This document shows, piece by piece, positions 37,201 to 50,040 of a stretch of 64,000 bases of DNA. Source of the DNA: Nageia nagi (lineage: Eukaryota > Plantae > Pinophyta); contig JBITNC010000001.1 of the NCBI GenBank assembly GCA_050084985.1, forward strand, positions 5,270,001 to 5,334,000, given 5' to 3'. Each line of letters starts with the position of its first letter. The first letter of the stretch is position 1. The notes beneath the pieces were generated by a model. It did no database searches, had not been told where the DNA came from, and saw only the letters and a list, made by a program, of their open reading frames with translations. The position numbers and the translations under genes are program-made.

Positions 37201-40102
37201 TAGGTGTAGTGATGAGACTAACTATTTTGTGAAGAATGGGTTTTTGTATACAAGGAATGTTGTGTGTGTATGAAGGGGAAAGAGTGAAACTCATTAGGGA
37301 AGCACATACTTTTCAGATCATTAGACATTTTGGAGTAGGAAAAATGGTCATCAATCTGCAATGATACTTGTACTAGCCCCAAATGCAAGAAAAAAGTTAT
37401 GAAATACATCAGGGGATGTGTCTTATGTTGTACAAGAAAGCCTAGCAATAGGAATTTGGGATTGTATTAGCCTTTTTCAATTCCAAACCAACCATGGGAG
37501 AGCATCTCCATGGACTTTTTGGGTGGTTTGTCTTTGACCAAGATGGGATATGATCACCTATTCATAATTGTTGATAGGTTGAGTGAGATGTTTATTATCA
37601 TTCCATGTAAGAATACTATCACCAAAAAAGTTACAATCGATCTATTTTTCTCTCATGTTTGGATTACCAAGTTCCATTATGTTCGATAGAGATAGTTGGT
37701 TCTTAGGGAAGTTTTGGATGACCTTATGGGAGAAGATGGATACCAAGCTAAAAAGGAGCATAGCTTTCACCCTCAAATTGATGGAAAAATTGAGGTAGTG
37801 AATTGGATTACTGTTACCTTGCTTAGGGGATACTACAAAAAAATTCCAAATTCTTGGGATGAGCATCAGGCCTATATTCAACACTCTTATAATAGAGTCA
37901 TCCACATGTCCACTAGTAAGACTCCATTTGAAACATGTTATGGGTACCTTCCATTTTCACATTTTGATTATGTATTTGGGAAAACTCATGACATTGAAGC
38001 AACCTTACAGAAGGAGCAACAAGTTGAGCAGTTCATCAAGAAGAGAAAACTTTTCCATCTCAAGGTACAAAAGCAACTCAAAGCAAGTCAAGTTAAGTAT
38101 GAATTCATGACAAACATTAGACTGATCATAAGTTCTGAGTGGGTGATCAAGTCTGGATACATCTTAGTAAACATCAAGTATAAGGGCCTTCCAAGAAATT
38201 AAATCCTATTCGGTATAAACCTTTCAAAATTCTAGAGCAAGTTAGTGACAATGCCTTTAAGTTGGACCTACCTGCGTAAATGCAAATCTACTCAATTATC
38301 AATGTTGAACACCTCAAGTTGTATGATTCATTTATGATAGTTGAAGATGAAAAGGAGGTAGGTGTAGTGTTTCCATCTATTGAAGATTTGATGCCACACA
38401 AAATGGATGAACTAAAAGATGATTTCATCTTACAGTAGAAGGTAAGGCATATTAGAAGCGATCTGATAAAAACTTGGCTTGTGGAAAAGAAGGGAAAATT
38501 GCCCCATTAAGTAAAATGGTACAATCAAAGTAAGTTTGAGGAGTTTTTCCCTTATCTCTACCTAAGCTTTTTGAGGACAAATCACACTTACTCATCTGGG
38601 AGGTGTGATCTAGAGATCTAGCTTCATTGGAAATTTGAATCGAAGGTTTCCATGATGAAGAATTTGTGTGTGCTTTGAAGAATCTAGTAGTTTTAGCAAA
38701 GGGGGAATCCTTATGCTGGACAAGATCCTTGTCAATTCCATTTGAACTTGGTGACTAGTGAAAGAGTTTGGGCACCCTAAGAGTTGGTAACATGTGGGAC
38801 TTGGTGTCTAACGATAAAATTCAACCACCTGAGACTTGGAATCTAATGATTGAGTTTGGCCACCTAAGACTTGGCATGTAATGACTAAGTTTGGATATTC
38901 CAGACTTGGCAAGTTAGTGACAGGCACTATAACCTAACTAGTTTGTTAACATTTGCTAAAAATAAAAGCACCTAGAATCTTCCTTTTGGAAGTTAGTTGA
39001 AATGGAAAGGGACATGGAAGTGAATGACACAAAGGATAAGAACCATAAGTGGATAGTTAAAATAACCTAACCAATTGTTCAACTATTATGGGATGTTGAA
39101 ACAACATATTCAAGGGGTTTAAAGAAAATTGAAGTTGCATCGTCAAGGATGGATGGAAGGAAAAAATAATTAGAGGATTCAACCAGATATTCAAGTGTAG
39201 AATTGAAGACTAGAGTGAATTGATGAAATGTGATTATACATTGCATCATCGAGGGTTGAGGCATGATTGCATTTTGAAAGGATTTGTTTCTATGTTGAGA
39301 AAACAGGTAAGCAATTTATCCTTGTAATTATTCTTCATGGTAATCGATGGATTCAAATACTATAGTTTATAGGGACATACTCTCATATTGAGAGGAACCT
39401 TGTTAAATTGAATGTTGTGTGATTGTTGTTTTCCATTCCTATTCATAGTTACTAGTAGAATAAACATGTGCATGGTTAAATTCATTTAACAATATATCTG
39501 ATTAATATCTAATCCATTAACTAAATCTATATGTGATGATTCACTTAAGGCTATAAGCTTTAGGAATTTACAGATCAAGGATAGAACTAACCTTGCAATA
39601 GCTCTTTGAAACTACTCCAAATTGTAACAAAGAATTTTTCACCAATCTTGGTTGCATCATAATATGCTTCCCACCAAACCAAAGCATGTCCTTCAATTTT
39701 GAGTGTAACAATCATAATATTCTCTTTGTCATTTGAAAGATACCTCTAGTTGCTTTAAACACTAGTTCAAATTTTTAGCATCAGTCTCTCCTCCAAAGAA
39801 TTTGTGATCAAACTTCATTTACAACTTCAAAGACAACTTCCTAGTTTGATGTGAGCTCTCTCCACTGCCGAATTCCCCTTTTGCATTAGGAGTTTAGGTA
39901 TTTAATGCATTAAACTCTTTGATCATTCCTTGAAGTGCTTCCAAACCCTCAATCTTCTTCTTCAACTCATCATTCTCCATAGCAATCTCCTTTTTCTTTC
40001 TCAACCAAATTTTAGAACCAATCTTAAGATTAACATAAACTATTTATTTGTATTTGAGGATTCAAGTAATCCATAAGATTATAGTGATTACATATAATTT
40101 TT

Positions 40103-40578
40103 CCATGAGCCCTCTAGAATCAACCATCTACGAGATGTATTCCTCTAAAATGGTGGCATATAGCTTGACCAACATATGATCTATCATGATGATGTAGTAG
40201 TTTCTCATATTGATTGGGTCAATATATTTGAATATGGGATGGATGATGTTTAACAACCATCAGGAAGGAAAATTGGAACAAAGAACATTATTGAATAGTG
40301 TTGAAAGCAAAGGGGGAAGAGTCGATTTAAAATGATTAAGTAATTATGTTTGGAGGTTTTTTATTGTTGGATGTCTGCTTGAGTAAAGTTTTTGGATTGC
40401 ACTATGTATGAAGGGAGGGAGGGAGAAGTTGTGGTGGAAGTGCATGGGAGGGTGAGATATAAGGAGGGTAGATCAATAGCGATGACTTACTTAAGATTGA
40501 GATGAGTGGCTTTACAATCATTATCAAACCAACTATTCATCAGGCAGTGACCTGGAGAGTGAAAGCAAATGGATGGGA
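40103..40578 (-). mobile_element. Upstream continuation of the same RTEX-like LINE
   Basis: NSWFDNDCK...FPS*WLLNIIHPIFK...NY.IIMIDHMLVKLYATILEE...RGLM joins in frame to VEGQ...DHRTTNHMFTLKAIIEE at 22988 once 5 bp at the junction are removed. Confidence 0.85.
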
Positions 40579-41786
40579 AAGTTTTGTGAAATTAAATTAC
40601 CATGACTATTAAATTACCTATAACACGAAATGAAGAGTTATAACATACATTTGTTTCTTATAAGTGTATAATATTGCATTATAGATGTAAGATAAAATGA
40701 AGAATGTTAAAAAATCTTTTGCAAATTTTCCAAGTTCATTTGGAAGTGAAAAGTACATTTTTTTATTTCTTTATCTCTCAAAATCATGTGTCCAGCCTCT
40801 AAAATATAGTCAACTTGTAGAGCTTATAATTTTTTATTTGTAGATTTATTTGTATGTTCTTAAAACCATTAGAAAAATATTAATGTGCAAAATACATTAT
40901 TAAAATTTCAATGCATTCTAAGTAACATAGATCTTTTATTTTCCTATTGTATTCACCTTTGGTTCTTTTAGCTCATTAATTTCACATGATATCAAAACAT
41001 TTTGGTTGTTGGGTTGGAGTGAATTTGGGTTCTTGATCATTGTAAAAATTGATAAGTTTTTGGACAAGTTCATTGAAGGGAAATTCCATTTGTTATTGCT
41101 TAAGTGAAATGGCTAACTTTAACAACTCATTACCCATTTCAAAATTCAATGAGCAAGATTATGATTATTGGAGCATAACTATAAGGATTTTGTCAATTGG
41201 AAAAGAAATTTGGGAGGTATTAGAGAATGGTTATGAAGAACCACCAAAATAAATCACATTACAAGGAAATGATAAGACAATAAAAAGAAAAGGAATAATT
41301 CATTAGCTTTCTACCATACTTAGTCTGCTATTGACAAGAGTTTATTACCACCTATTGTTGTTGCTACATCAACCAAGGAGGCTTGTATGTATCTTCAAGA
41401 GTATTACAAAGTAAGTGACAAAGTGAGATGAATAAGTTGCAAACCATGAGAAAACTAGAGTTAGAGAATTTGTAGATCAAAAAGGTTGAAAGTGTGGGAA
41501 ATTATTGTATTAGAGTGAACGATGATGTGAACAAGATGGCCACCTTTGGAGAAAACTTTCAAATAGAGGTATTTGTGAAAAATATATTGAGATCTCTCAC
41601 CCTTAAATGGAACCATGTTACACTAATTATTGAAGAAAGTAAATATTTCTCTACACTTACATTTGGTTATCTAGTTGGTTCCCTTATATCATATGAGAAA
41701 AGCTTAAGAGAAATAATTAAAGAAAATGCTTTTAAATTCTAAATTAAAAAATATTTAAGAGTGATGAAGATAGTGCAAGCATGAGT

Positions 41787-44700
41787 GATGAAATAAATCT
41801 TAAAAAAGATGGCAAGCTGGTGGCAAGCAGTGTGGATTGGGTGGAAAGTGAGAGTTTTTGGGACCTAGACCAAATATTGATTCAATACAGGAATGGGCTT
41901 TTCAAAAATGGAAAACAAATGGGAGTTTTTACTTGATCAAGTTCTACATGGGGGAGGACCTTCAAAAAGTGTTATTTGGGGGATTCTAGATGTTTGGACA
42001 ATAGGATTTGTTTGTGATGAAATGGACTCCAAATTTTAATCCCAATATCCAATTCATTACATATGTGCCTATTTGGTTTAGACTCTTAGGAATTCTATTT
42101 TAGTTCTGGCATGATGAAGTCATAGCTGGAATTGGGAATTGGATTGGAAACCTTATAACTATTGATAAGGCTACTAGAGGGGGTTCTAGTGAGGTGTCAG
42201 ATCAAAGCGGAGGGGTTGGGTCTAGATTTGTGATTCTAGAAGATGGGTTTCTTGTAGGTAAGCCTATCACTACTATGATTTTGGATGTAAAGGTTGACCC
42301 CAAGCTTTCGAATTCTATGGAAGGTTTGGAGGCATAACTAAAAAAATAGAAGAGTTCATATTATGCTCAAGTGGCTAGAGGGTCCAACATAACACCTTTA
42401 GCATCCTATTTTAATCTTCAAGCTTCAAAAAGGAAGCTTACTATCCCCTTGAAGATCATTAAGATCACTATGGAGGAAGGTGCTTTGAACCTAGTGGGAA
42501 AGTTTTCAAGACCTAGACTAGATGTTGATTCAGTATGGGAATGGGATTTTCAAAAATGGTAAACAAATGGGAGGTTTAATATCATGGCATTCCCAAATGG
42601 TTTTTTCTTGATCAAGTTCTACATGGGGGAGGACCTTCAAAAAGTGTTATTTGGGAGACTCTAAATGTTTGGACAATGAGCTTTGTTTTTGATGAAATGG
42701 AATCCAAATTTTAATCCCAATATCTAATTCATTATATATGTGTCTATTTGGGTTAGAATCTCAGAACTTGTATTTTATTTCTAGCATGATGAAGTCATAG
42801 TTGGGATTGGGAACTTGATTGGAAACCTTATCACTATTGATAAGGGTTCTAGAGCAAAATTCTACATGATCTTAGCTAGATTATGTGTTAGTATCCTTCC
42901 TTCTTTGAACCTTCCAAAATCTATTGACTTAGTCTCAAAGTTAGGAGTTTATTCCCAACCATTAAAGTATGAGAACCCTCCTCAAAACTATGACCATTGT
43001 AAGTAGAAGGGCCACACTTCCTCTTGGTGTCTAGGGAAACAACTAGAAAAGTGAATGAAAAAATAGCAAGGTGGGAAAGGTAATATCTAAAGAGTAGAAG
43101 TTGGTGAAACCTCAAACCTAAATAACAAGGAGGTGTCCAAGGGAGCCACATTTGTAATGCTTTCTCTTGCTTGAAGGATTAGTCTAAGGGGCTCTGCTAG
43201 AAGAGAAATCACTATATCATAAAACTCTCGCAATTGTGGGGCCAACCAATCTTAGAAGAAGCTTTGATAACCTTGTTGGAAGATAAATAAGTGGTTGATT
43301 GTATTACAAAGCAAAATTATGAAGACCAAAAGGAGTCCTCCTTTGAGGAAGAGATTTTGGTGTTAGAAGAAGAATACCAAGGAGAAAGGGAGATTGTCTC
43401 TCAAACTGAAGGAGTGGAAGATCCTAGAATGGGTTTGTTAACTGAAGCTTTGGCTAGAGTTCTTGAAACCCAATTTTTATCCCCCTTTGGAACTTGACTT
43501 GGGGCATGCAGTTTAGGTGGAAAAGAATTAAGATGTTCCCTCTACTTCCCTTGCTTAGCCTACGAGGGGTCAATTTTGGGATGAAGATGAGGAATCAAAT
43601 TCTCAAGAGGAAAATGTGATTGTTACTCCAAGATGAAAGAACAACAATAATAATAAGAAACTCGATGGATTGGTTAGCAAGATCTTCTGAAAAGACCTTC
43701 TATAGGAATGTTACGATATTAGGAAATGAAATTGGATATTGATAAAGGAGACCAAGCTACCCTCTTTGGGTGTGGAGGGAAGAAAAGTAAATCTATGAAG
43801 CAATGAGAATCCTTTCATGGAATGTAAGAGGTATTTGTGTCCCTAGAAGATATATAAGTTTTTTAGCTTTAAAGAGGGAACTAGAACCCAAGGTGGTCCT
43901 TCATCAAGAAATAAAAATTGTTGAAGGTAAGGATCTTTCTATTAAAAATATCCTTTGGAGGGAGGTATATTTTGTTATGCTTCATGTAATAGGTAAATCT
44001 AAAGGCATTTTGTGTTTGTGGGATAGAACTAAATTGGATGGTAGATTCATTTTCTTTAGTCCAAGTTTTTGCTTAATTCTTTTCACTTCTCTAGTTACTA
44101 TGGAGTCCTTTATTGTTACAAATGTGTATGCCCCTATTATCTATGTGGGTATAAAAGTTTTGTGGTATTTTCTTAATCAAATGCAAGAATATTTTATATG
44201 GTTGAGTTGGTTTATGGTTGGAGAATTCAATGTTTCCTTGTTCCCTTTTGAGAAGCAAGGTGGGGTTGAGGGATTCACTGAGGGTATGCAAGATTTTGCT
44301 AGATTTGTTAATGGGAATAATCTTATGGATGTAGAGTTAAAGAGAATTAAGTTCACTTAGACTAATGGTAGGATTGCATTACTAGGTTTGGGGTTTCTAC
44401 TCTCTCGAGTTACCCAAATACTAGTTCAGACCATAATCCATTGCTTTTAGAAACTCAAGAATAGAGAAGATAGTTTAATGCCCCTTTTCATTTTGAAAAT
44501 ATGTGGCTTACATATGAGAGCATGGAAGAACATATTAGAGTTTGTTTGAAACATAACTTTTCTAGTTCTCTTCAAACATAAATAGCCAAAAAGATAAGAT
44601 TTATCAAGAAGAATCTAAAGGTGTGGAATAGAGAAACCTCTGGTTTCATCTTTAGAAGGAAAAATGATCTCCAAGTGTAAATGAGATCCCTAAAAGAACA

Positions 44701-47700
44701 AATTCAAGTACAAGGTTTCTCTAAAGAACTTTGGAGATTGGAGAATGAGACCTTAAATGAATGGAATACCACTTTAGAACATGAAGAGATTATGTGGAAA
44801 CAAAAATCTAGGATTAATTAGCTTCAAGTAGGGGACAGAAACACAAAGTTTTTTCATGTTTCTACTCTAAGGCATCAAAATTGAAGTAGTATCAATGAGA
44901 TTCAATGCTTGGATGGTTCTATTACCAAAGATCCAACCAAAATGAATGAGGAAGGGGTCTTTTTCTTTCTTCACCTTCTAGGCCATAATTCAACATCTCA
45001 ACAGGAAGTAGTTGAAAAGCTTCTTAACAACATACCTGGTATGATGAATGAAAAACTCAATGACCGATTAAGTTGTAAGTTTTCTAAGATGGAGATTCAA
45101 GCAGTTATTTTTGAGATGGGTGGCTCTAAGGCATCAGGCTCAAATGGTTTCCTTGGGAACTTCTTTCAAACTTTTTAGGATATTATGGGTAAAGAGATTG
45201 TGTTGGTAGTCCATGAATTTCAAGTATCCAAAGTTATGCCAAAGGATGTGATTTCTACCTTTATTGCCATAATTCTTAGGGAGATATATGCTAATTCTTT
45301 TTCTAAATTCATATCCATTAGCTTATGTACCTTCCTATATAAAATTGTTTTGAAAGTAATAACAAATAGGTTAAAGTCCATTCTCCCTTTGATTGTTAGC
45401 CCCAATAAAGGGGGTTTTATTTTGGGGAGGAAAATTTTGGACGAGATTATTTTGGCCCATGAACTAACACATTTGGCCTTTAAATCTGGGAGGGATGGTA
45501 TGCTATTAAAATTGGATATTAGTAAAGCCTATGATAGAGTTGATTGAAAATTCTTGATGCTTATGCTATGTAAGTTTGGGTTTTAAGATGATTGGTTGGC
45601 TTTGGTCCTTGAATTTATCTCAACCACAACCTTTTATGTGCTCATGAATGGGGTTGTAGTCAAGCATTTTTCTATTAAAAGGGGTCTTCATCAAGGTGAT
45701 ACTTTATCTCCCTTTTCATAATTCTTGTTGAAGCTTTAGATGTGAGTATTCAAGTGGCTACTCATGTGGGTTTCAATAAAGGTATTAAACCAACTAGGGA
45801 TCTTCATCCTATTTCTCTCCTACAATTTGTGGATGATTCCTTAATCTTCTCTGGATCTTCTCCCCCAAGCTCACCATATCAAACAAATTCTAGACCTATA
45901 TGAAGTGGTAGCTAATCAAAAGGTAAAATTTGAAATAATAAAGTTGTTTTTCCTAAACATAAGAAGGATTGTTCAACAAAGAGTGGCAAATATTTTTCAC
46001 TATGCTATTGGGGAATTGCAAACAACCTATTTGGGTATGCCTCTTTTTAGTGGAGGGATGAAGGAGGCATTTTGGGACTCAGTTGTTGAACATTTCTTGA
46101 AGAAGTTTGCAAGTTGGAAGGGTGCTCTTTTGAGTTAAGCAGGTAAAATTCAATTGATTAAGTCAGTTCTACAAAGTTGTCGATGTATTTTATGTTTATT
46201 TTCAACATTCCAAAGACAATGTTAAACAAGCTCATCCAAATTTAGAGGGATTTTTTATGGACATGTGTTAAGGAGAAAGAAATGATGGCCTTAGTTTATT
46301 AGAAGAAGGTTTGTTTACCTTTCATACAAGGGGGTTAGGGGTCAAAAATCTTTAAAAAATAATTAGAAGGTGGTCAATGGTATAGAGAATCCTTGGGTGG
46401 AAACTATCAAAGATAAGTACCTCCCAAATTCAATGTTTCTGGAAGATATTAATGCAAGAGTGGGATCTACCTTTTGGAATGGTATTAAATGTACCAAGGC
46501 TTTTCTCAAAATTTATAAATGTTGGATTATTGGGGAAAGGAGTAAACTTCATTTTTGGAAAGATAGTTGGCTTCAAAAATTCCTCTTCGAGAGCATGATA
46601 TTTTTTCTATTTTGTGAAGAGATCTTACTCTCAAGTATGGATTAAAAGTGGTTGATTACATTTCCATGGGGAGAGGTAGACATGGAAATTGCTAACTCTT
46701 GATCATCCCTTTGAAGCCCAAAAAGAAGATTTGGATGTTTTGAATAAGATGCTTAAAATCTATACCCTAAATTTAGGATAAGAGGATTCCTTTATTTGGG
46801 GGGGGGGGAATCATGGAGCCTTCTTGATTAAATCGATCTATAGGCTTATGGTGGCTAGCTTGTCTATTTGGAACATGGCTCAAAAGGTGTGGGTAAAGAA
46901 CCTTATTTCAAAGATTGGTTTCTTTGTTGGGTGGCTATTCAGAATAAAATCCTTATGGTGGACAACCTACGAAAAAGAGGCTCCAATATGGTAAATAGAT
47001 ATAGTTTGTATCAAAATAAAGAGAAATTGATTGACCATTTTTTGATCCATTATGAATATACTACTAAAGTCTTACATTTTATTCTATAGTAATTCCATTT
47101 GGAATGGGTAACACCTAGGACAATTAATAACTTACTTCAGCAATGGAAGAATCCTCTTTTTAGCACCAAATTGAGAAGACTTTGGGATCTCCTTATTCCA
47201 CATTTATGGTGGGGAGTCTAGAAAGAAAGAAATTATAGGGTGTCCTAGGATGTTAGCCTCCCATCCCATCACCTTGCTTTAAAAATTACTAATTTCATTA
47301 AAGGAAACTTATCCATTTTTAAGTTTAAGATAGTTTGGGAGGTCCTTGAAGAAGCTCTAATTCTTTCAAGTTGGGGTTTAGAAAGGAGGATATATAATTT
47401 CTTTCAACATCCCTAGAAGGTAGTTCATTGGCTTCATCCCTTAGTTGGGTGGCTCTCAATCAACTTTGATGGTTCTTTGAAAGGAAATCTAGGTCCTGCT
47501 AGCATGATGGGAGTTGTTAGAGATAATAAGGGAAAAATTATCTTAATGGTTGCATAACCATTGGGGTGTCAAATGAGTCATTTTGTTGAAGCTCAAGAAA
47601 TATTCATCAGCCTAAACATGCTCAAAATATTAAACTATAAAAATATCATTCTCACTAGGGATTCTCTTAATGTGAATAACATGTTTTGTAGTGTCCTCCC

Positions 47701-50040
47701 TCTAGGGTGGGATATCAAATCCATGATCATCAAGGCTAGAAGATTATTAGAAGGAATTGAGAATGTTATTATCTAGCATAACTTTTGAGAGGAAAATATT
47801 TTACCAATAGAATTGCTGATGAAGAAGTGGGTATGGTGGATCTGAGGGTCTGGGAGAGTGATTTCCCAAAACACTTTGTGGCCTTGGCTATTGAAGATGG
47901 TCAAGAAGGTTAGGGCTTGGTGCTAGGAGGAATGGTACCATTGGTTTTTGAATTTGAATTATTGGTAGGGCTCATATCTTTAAAGGTTTGTTTAAATTTT
48001 TGGATGGTGGGAACCTTTAAAAAGGTATGCTTATCAGATGGTCTAAGGTGGAATGAAGGTACACTTGGTCAGGGTCTATCTCTAGATGTTAAGATTTGGT
48101 TGTGTTGGATGCTAACTCAAATCTACATGGGTTTTGGTCTATGCCAGTTGGAATGGTGGGTCCTAGAGGGGCAAAGTGTGTTATTGATTAGACTTGAAGG
48201 AAGTGGAGGGCTATAGGTGGCATTTGGGAGAGTGTCCACCATATGTCATCATTGGGGTCAACAAATACAAACCTAGAAAACTTTATGTTTTTTATTATGA
48301 TGTATCAAGAAGGTTGGAAGTTAATGTTTCACTTGACATGGGAAAGGTTGGGCATGGATTGCAACATTGATAATGACCCAAGATCTGGTGCAAGCTTAAT
48401 CTAAGGATGATGGTATGTTGTGCAATGATGGGTGGTGGGGATTGATGGGATTGAGAGAGGGTACAATTACCTCAAAGTTTGGATGTTGTTGATGTTCTAT
48501 TGTGTGAGAGGTATTTTTAGCATCAACACTTTAGTTGTCCAAAATATGTGTTTTGACTGTGGAAGTTGTTATTTACAATCGAGGTTCCCATATTTGGCTT
48601 CCAAGCTACCTAAGTTTCTCTTTTTCAAAAGCTTTGGTCATTGGTCTGTAGTTTCCCTATTATTGCATCAAAGAGGAAGTAGGATGTAGAAGGCTCAAAT
48701 TTTCATTTGGAACCAAGGACACTTGAGGTTTCTTCTACTATTTAAAAAATCTTGCAGCTGGGAGGTCTTTCAGACTTCTTAGAAAAGTTTGAAGGGCATA
48801 ATGAAGATATTTTTATGCAGTTTCTAGAGAGTTGGAAAGGGGGATTGGTAAAGGTGTATGGAGTTATGTTTCAAGTAAATCAAAACATGGTGTCTAAGGT
48901 CACATGCCTATCTATCTTGGGAGAGATGGTCCGAAGGGACAACTATAGTCTAAAAATGGAGTTGGTGAAGTCCTAAAGAGGGGGTCCTAAGCTTCCATGG
49001 GAAAAGTAAGGTGTGGCACATGCTTCACTCCTTGAACCATGGCCTGAGGTAGCTCTTATGATTATGTAGTTCATTACCCTGAATAATATTGATGTCTAGT
49101 TTTTCAACTTCCACTTTAATTTTTTGAATCATTTAAAGGGTCACAAAATGAATATCACAACCTTCCTATTTGTGGAGCTTGACAAAGCAACAAAATATTT
49201 TTAGAAGAATAAAGGAGGTGAATTCAATCATTAAGGTTTGATTCTGATGATCTTTAAGCACATCATGGTCCAAATGGTGATTTCATAAATGTTCAATTGG
49301 ATAACACTAAAAGGAGGCCTAATAATGGGTACATTAGAAATCAAAGCTAGAAGTGTCCCAGAGAAGAAGCATCAAATTAAATTTGAATATAAGAACTAAA
49401 AACTAGCTAGGATCAAAGGGAGGAGGTACCAGACCTCGAAAGATAAGGGTGCATCATATGGGGAGGTTTCTTATGCAGAGGATGACCTTGATGTGTTGGA
49501 GGTTATGAATAAATCAATAAATTGACTGGATGAGGTAAACGAAGGCCTTGACATGCAACCGATGGGGCTTGAGGGTAAAGTGGAAGGAGCTCATGAGGTT
49601 CTACTAATAAAAGAGAATTATGCTTCACTAGAAGGAGTTTAGGATATTTTGTATAAGAAAAATGATAACATGGAAGGACCCAAGCCTACTACAAAGACCT
49701 CTACAAAGGTTGAGGGAACTATACGAAAAGGAAATGGTTGTAGAAGCTACCATGGAGGAATGATGGAGTGTTGTCTCATTGTTTTGGTTGGTTCTACTAT
49801 GCATGATGTTGTTCCAAGTTCTCTATTTTACAATTTTTTATATGCTTTATGCATTTAAGTGGTTTCTAGTTGGTGTTTGAGGTTTAAGTTTTGGTTAATA
49901 TTGTGTATGCTCGTATGAGCTGGTGATTTTTTGGATATTCCTGATCTAGCCTTTTGCTAAGCTTGGGTGCTTAATATCAGGATACTATACATGTTTAGGA
50001 TCCCATTAAAATATTCATCCTCCAATATAATAAAAAAAAG
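41787..50040 (+). mobile_element. Near full-length degenerate L1-clade LINE (~8.25 kb): ORF1, ORF2 (EN-RT-zf-RNase H), an extra 3' ORF, poly(A)
   Basis: ORF1 DUF4283/knuckle-like (LVGKFSRPR, ARLCVSI, YENPP); ORF2 from 43803 (MRILSWNVRG, KLDISKAYDRVD, LQFVDD, YLGMPL, NFDGS-type RNase H ~47460); A-tail 50032-50039; TSD AGATAGTGCAAGCATGAGT (41768-41786) vs ATATAGTACAAGCATAAGT (50041-50059), 16/19. Confidence 0.93.
48684..49270 (+). pseudogene. Decayed third ORF in the L1 3' region (unknown function)
   Basis: One frame read through stops: HLEPR...ILQLGGLSDFLEKFEGHNEDIFMQFLESWKGGLVKVYGVMFQV...EPWPEVALMIM*FITL...FHFNFLNH...H*GLI. Homologous to 63130-63700. Confidence 0.7.

Larger units (their letters stand above)
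32635..39577 (+). mobile_element. Gypsy B: degenerate full-length Ty3/gypsy (chromovirus-like); LTRs 32635-33642 and 38606-39577
   Basis: Perfect TSD AGGAT (32630-32634 and 39578-39582); TGATC...ATCA termini; Met PBS 33645-33656; gag with CCHC, PR (HPLGW), RT (MLPFGLCNTPTTFMR), RH (NYPIYDKEL), INT (FHPQIDG); PPT GGGAGG. Inserted into the gag of C. Confidence 0.95.
22989..40097 (+). mobile_element. Element C: non-autonomous gag+protease LTR element (TR-GAG-like). 5' LTR 22989-30371 (split by copia A), PBS 30374; interior and most of the 3' LTR inverted (30424-40043); 3' LTR tail 40044-40097
   Basis: 30430-31251 is the reverse complement of 22989-23627 plus 30090-30310. PPT GGGGAGGCA lies on the minus strand next to 31251. 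Minus-strand gag and protease (LFYIKVQAKKTKIDALVDHGSQVNLI, HPYRLGW); no RT, RH or INT. 40047-40097 matches LTR end 30321-30371. Confidence 0.85.

Noticed and set aside
40493-40499. AAGAT followed by TG as TSD and start of copia E (matches AAGAT at 63042)
   Set aside because: The LINE frame (NSWFDNDCK) continues through this position to ~40575, and the following bases do not match the 3' LTR start; probably chance.
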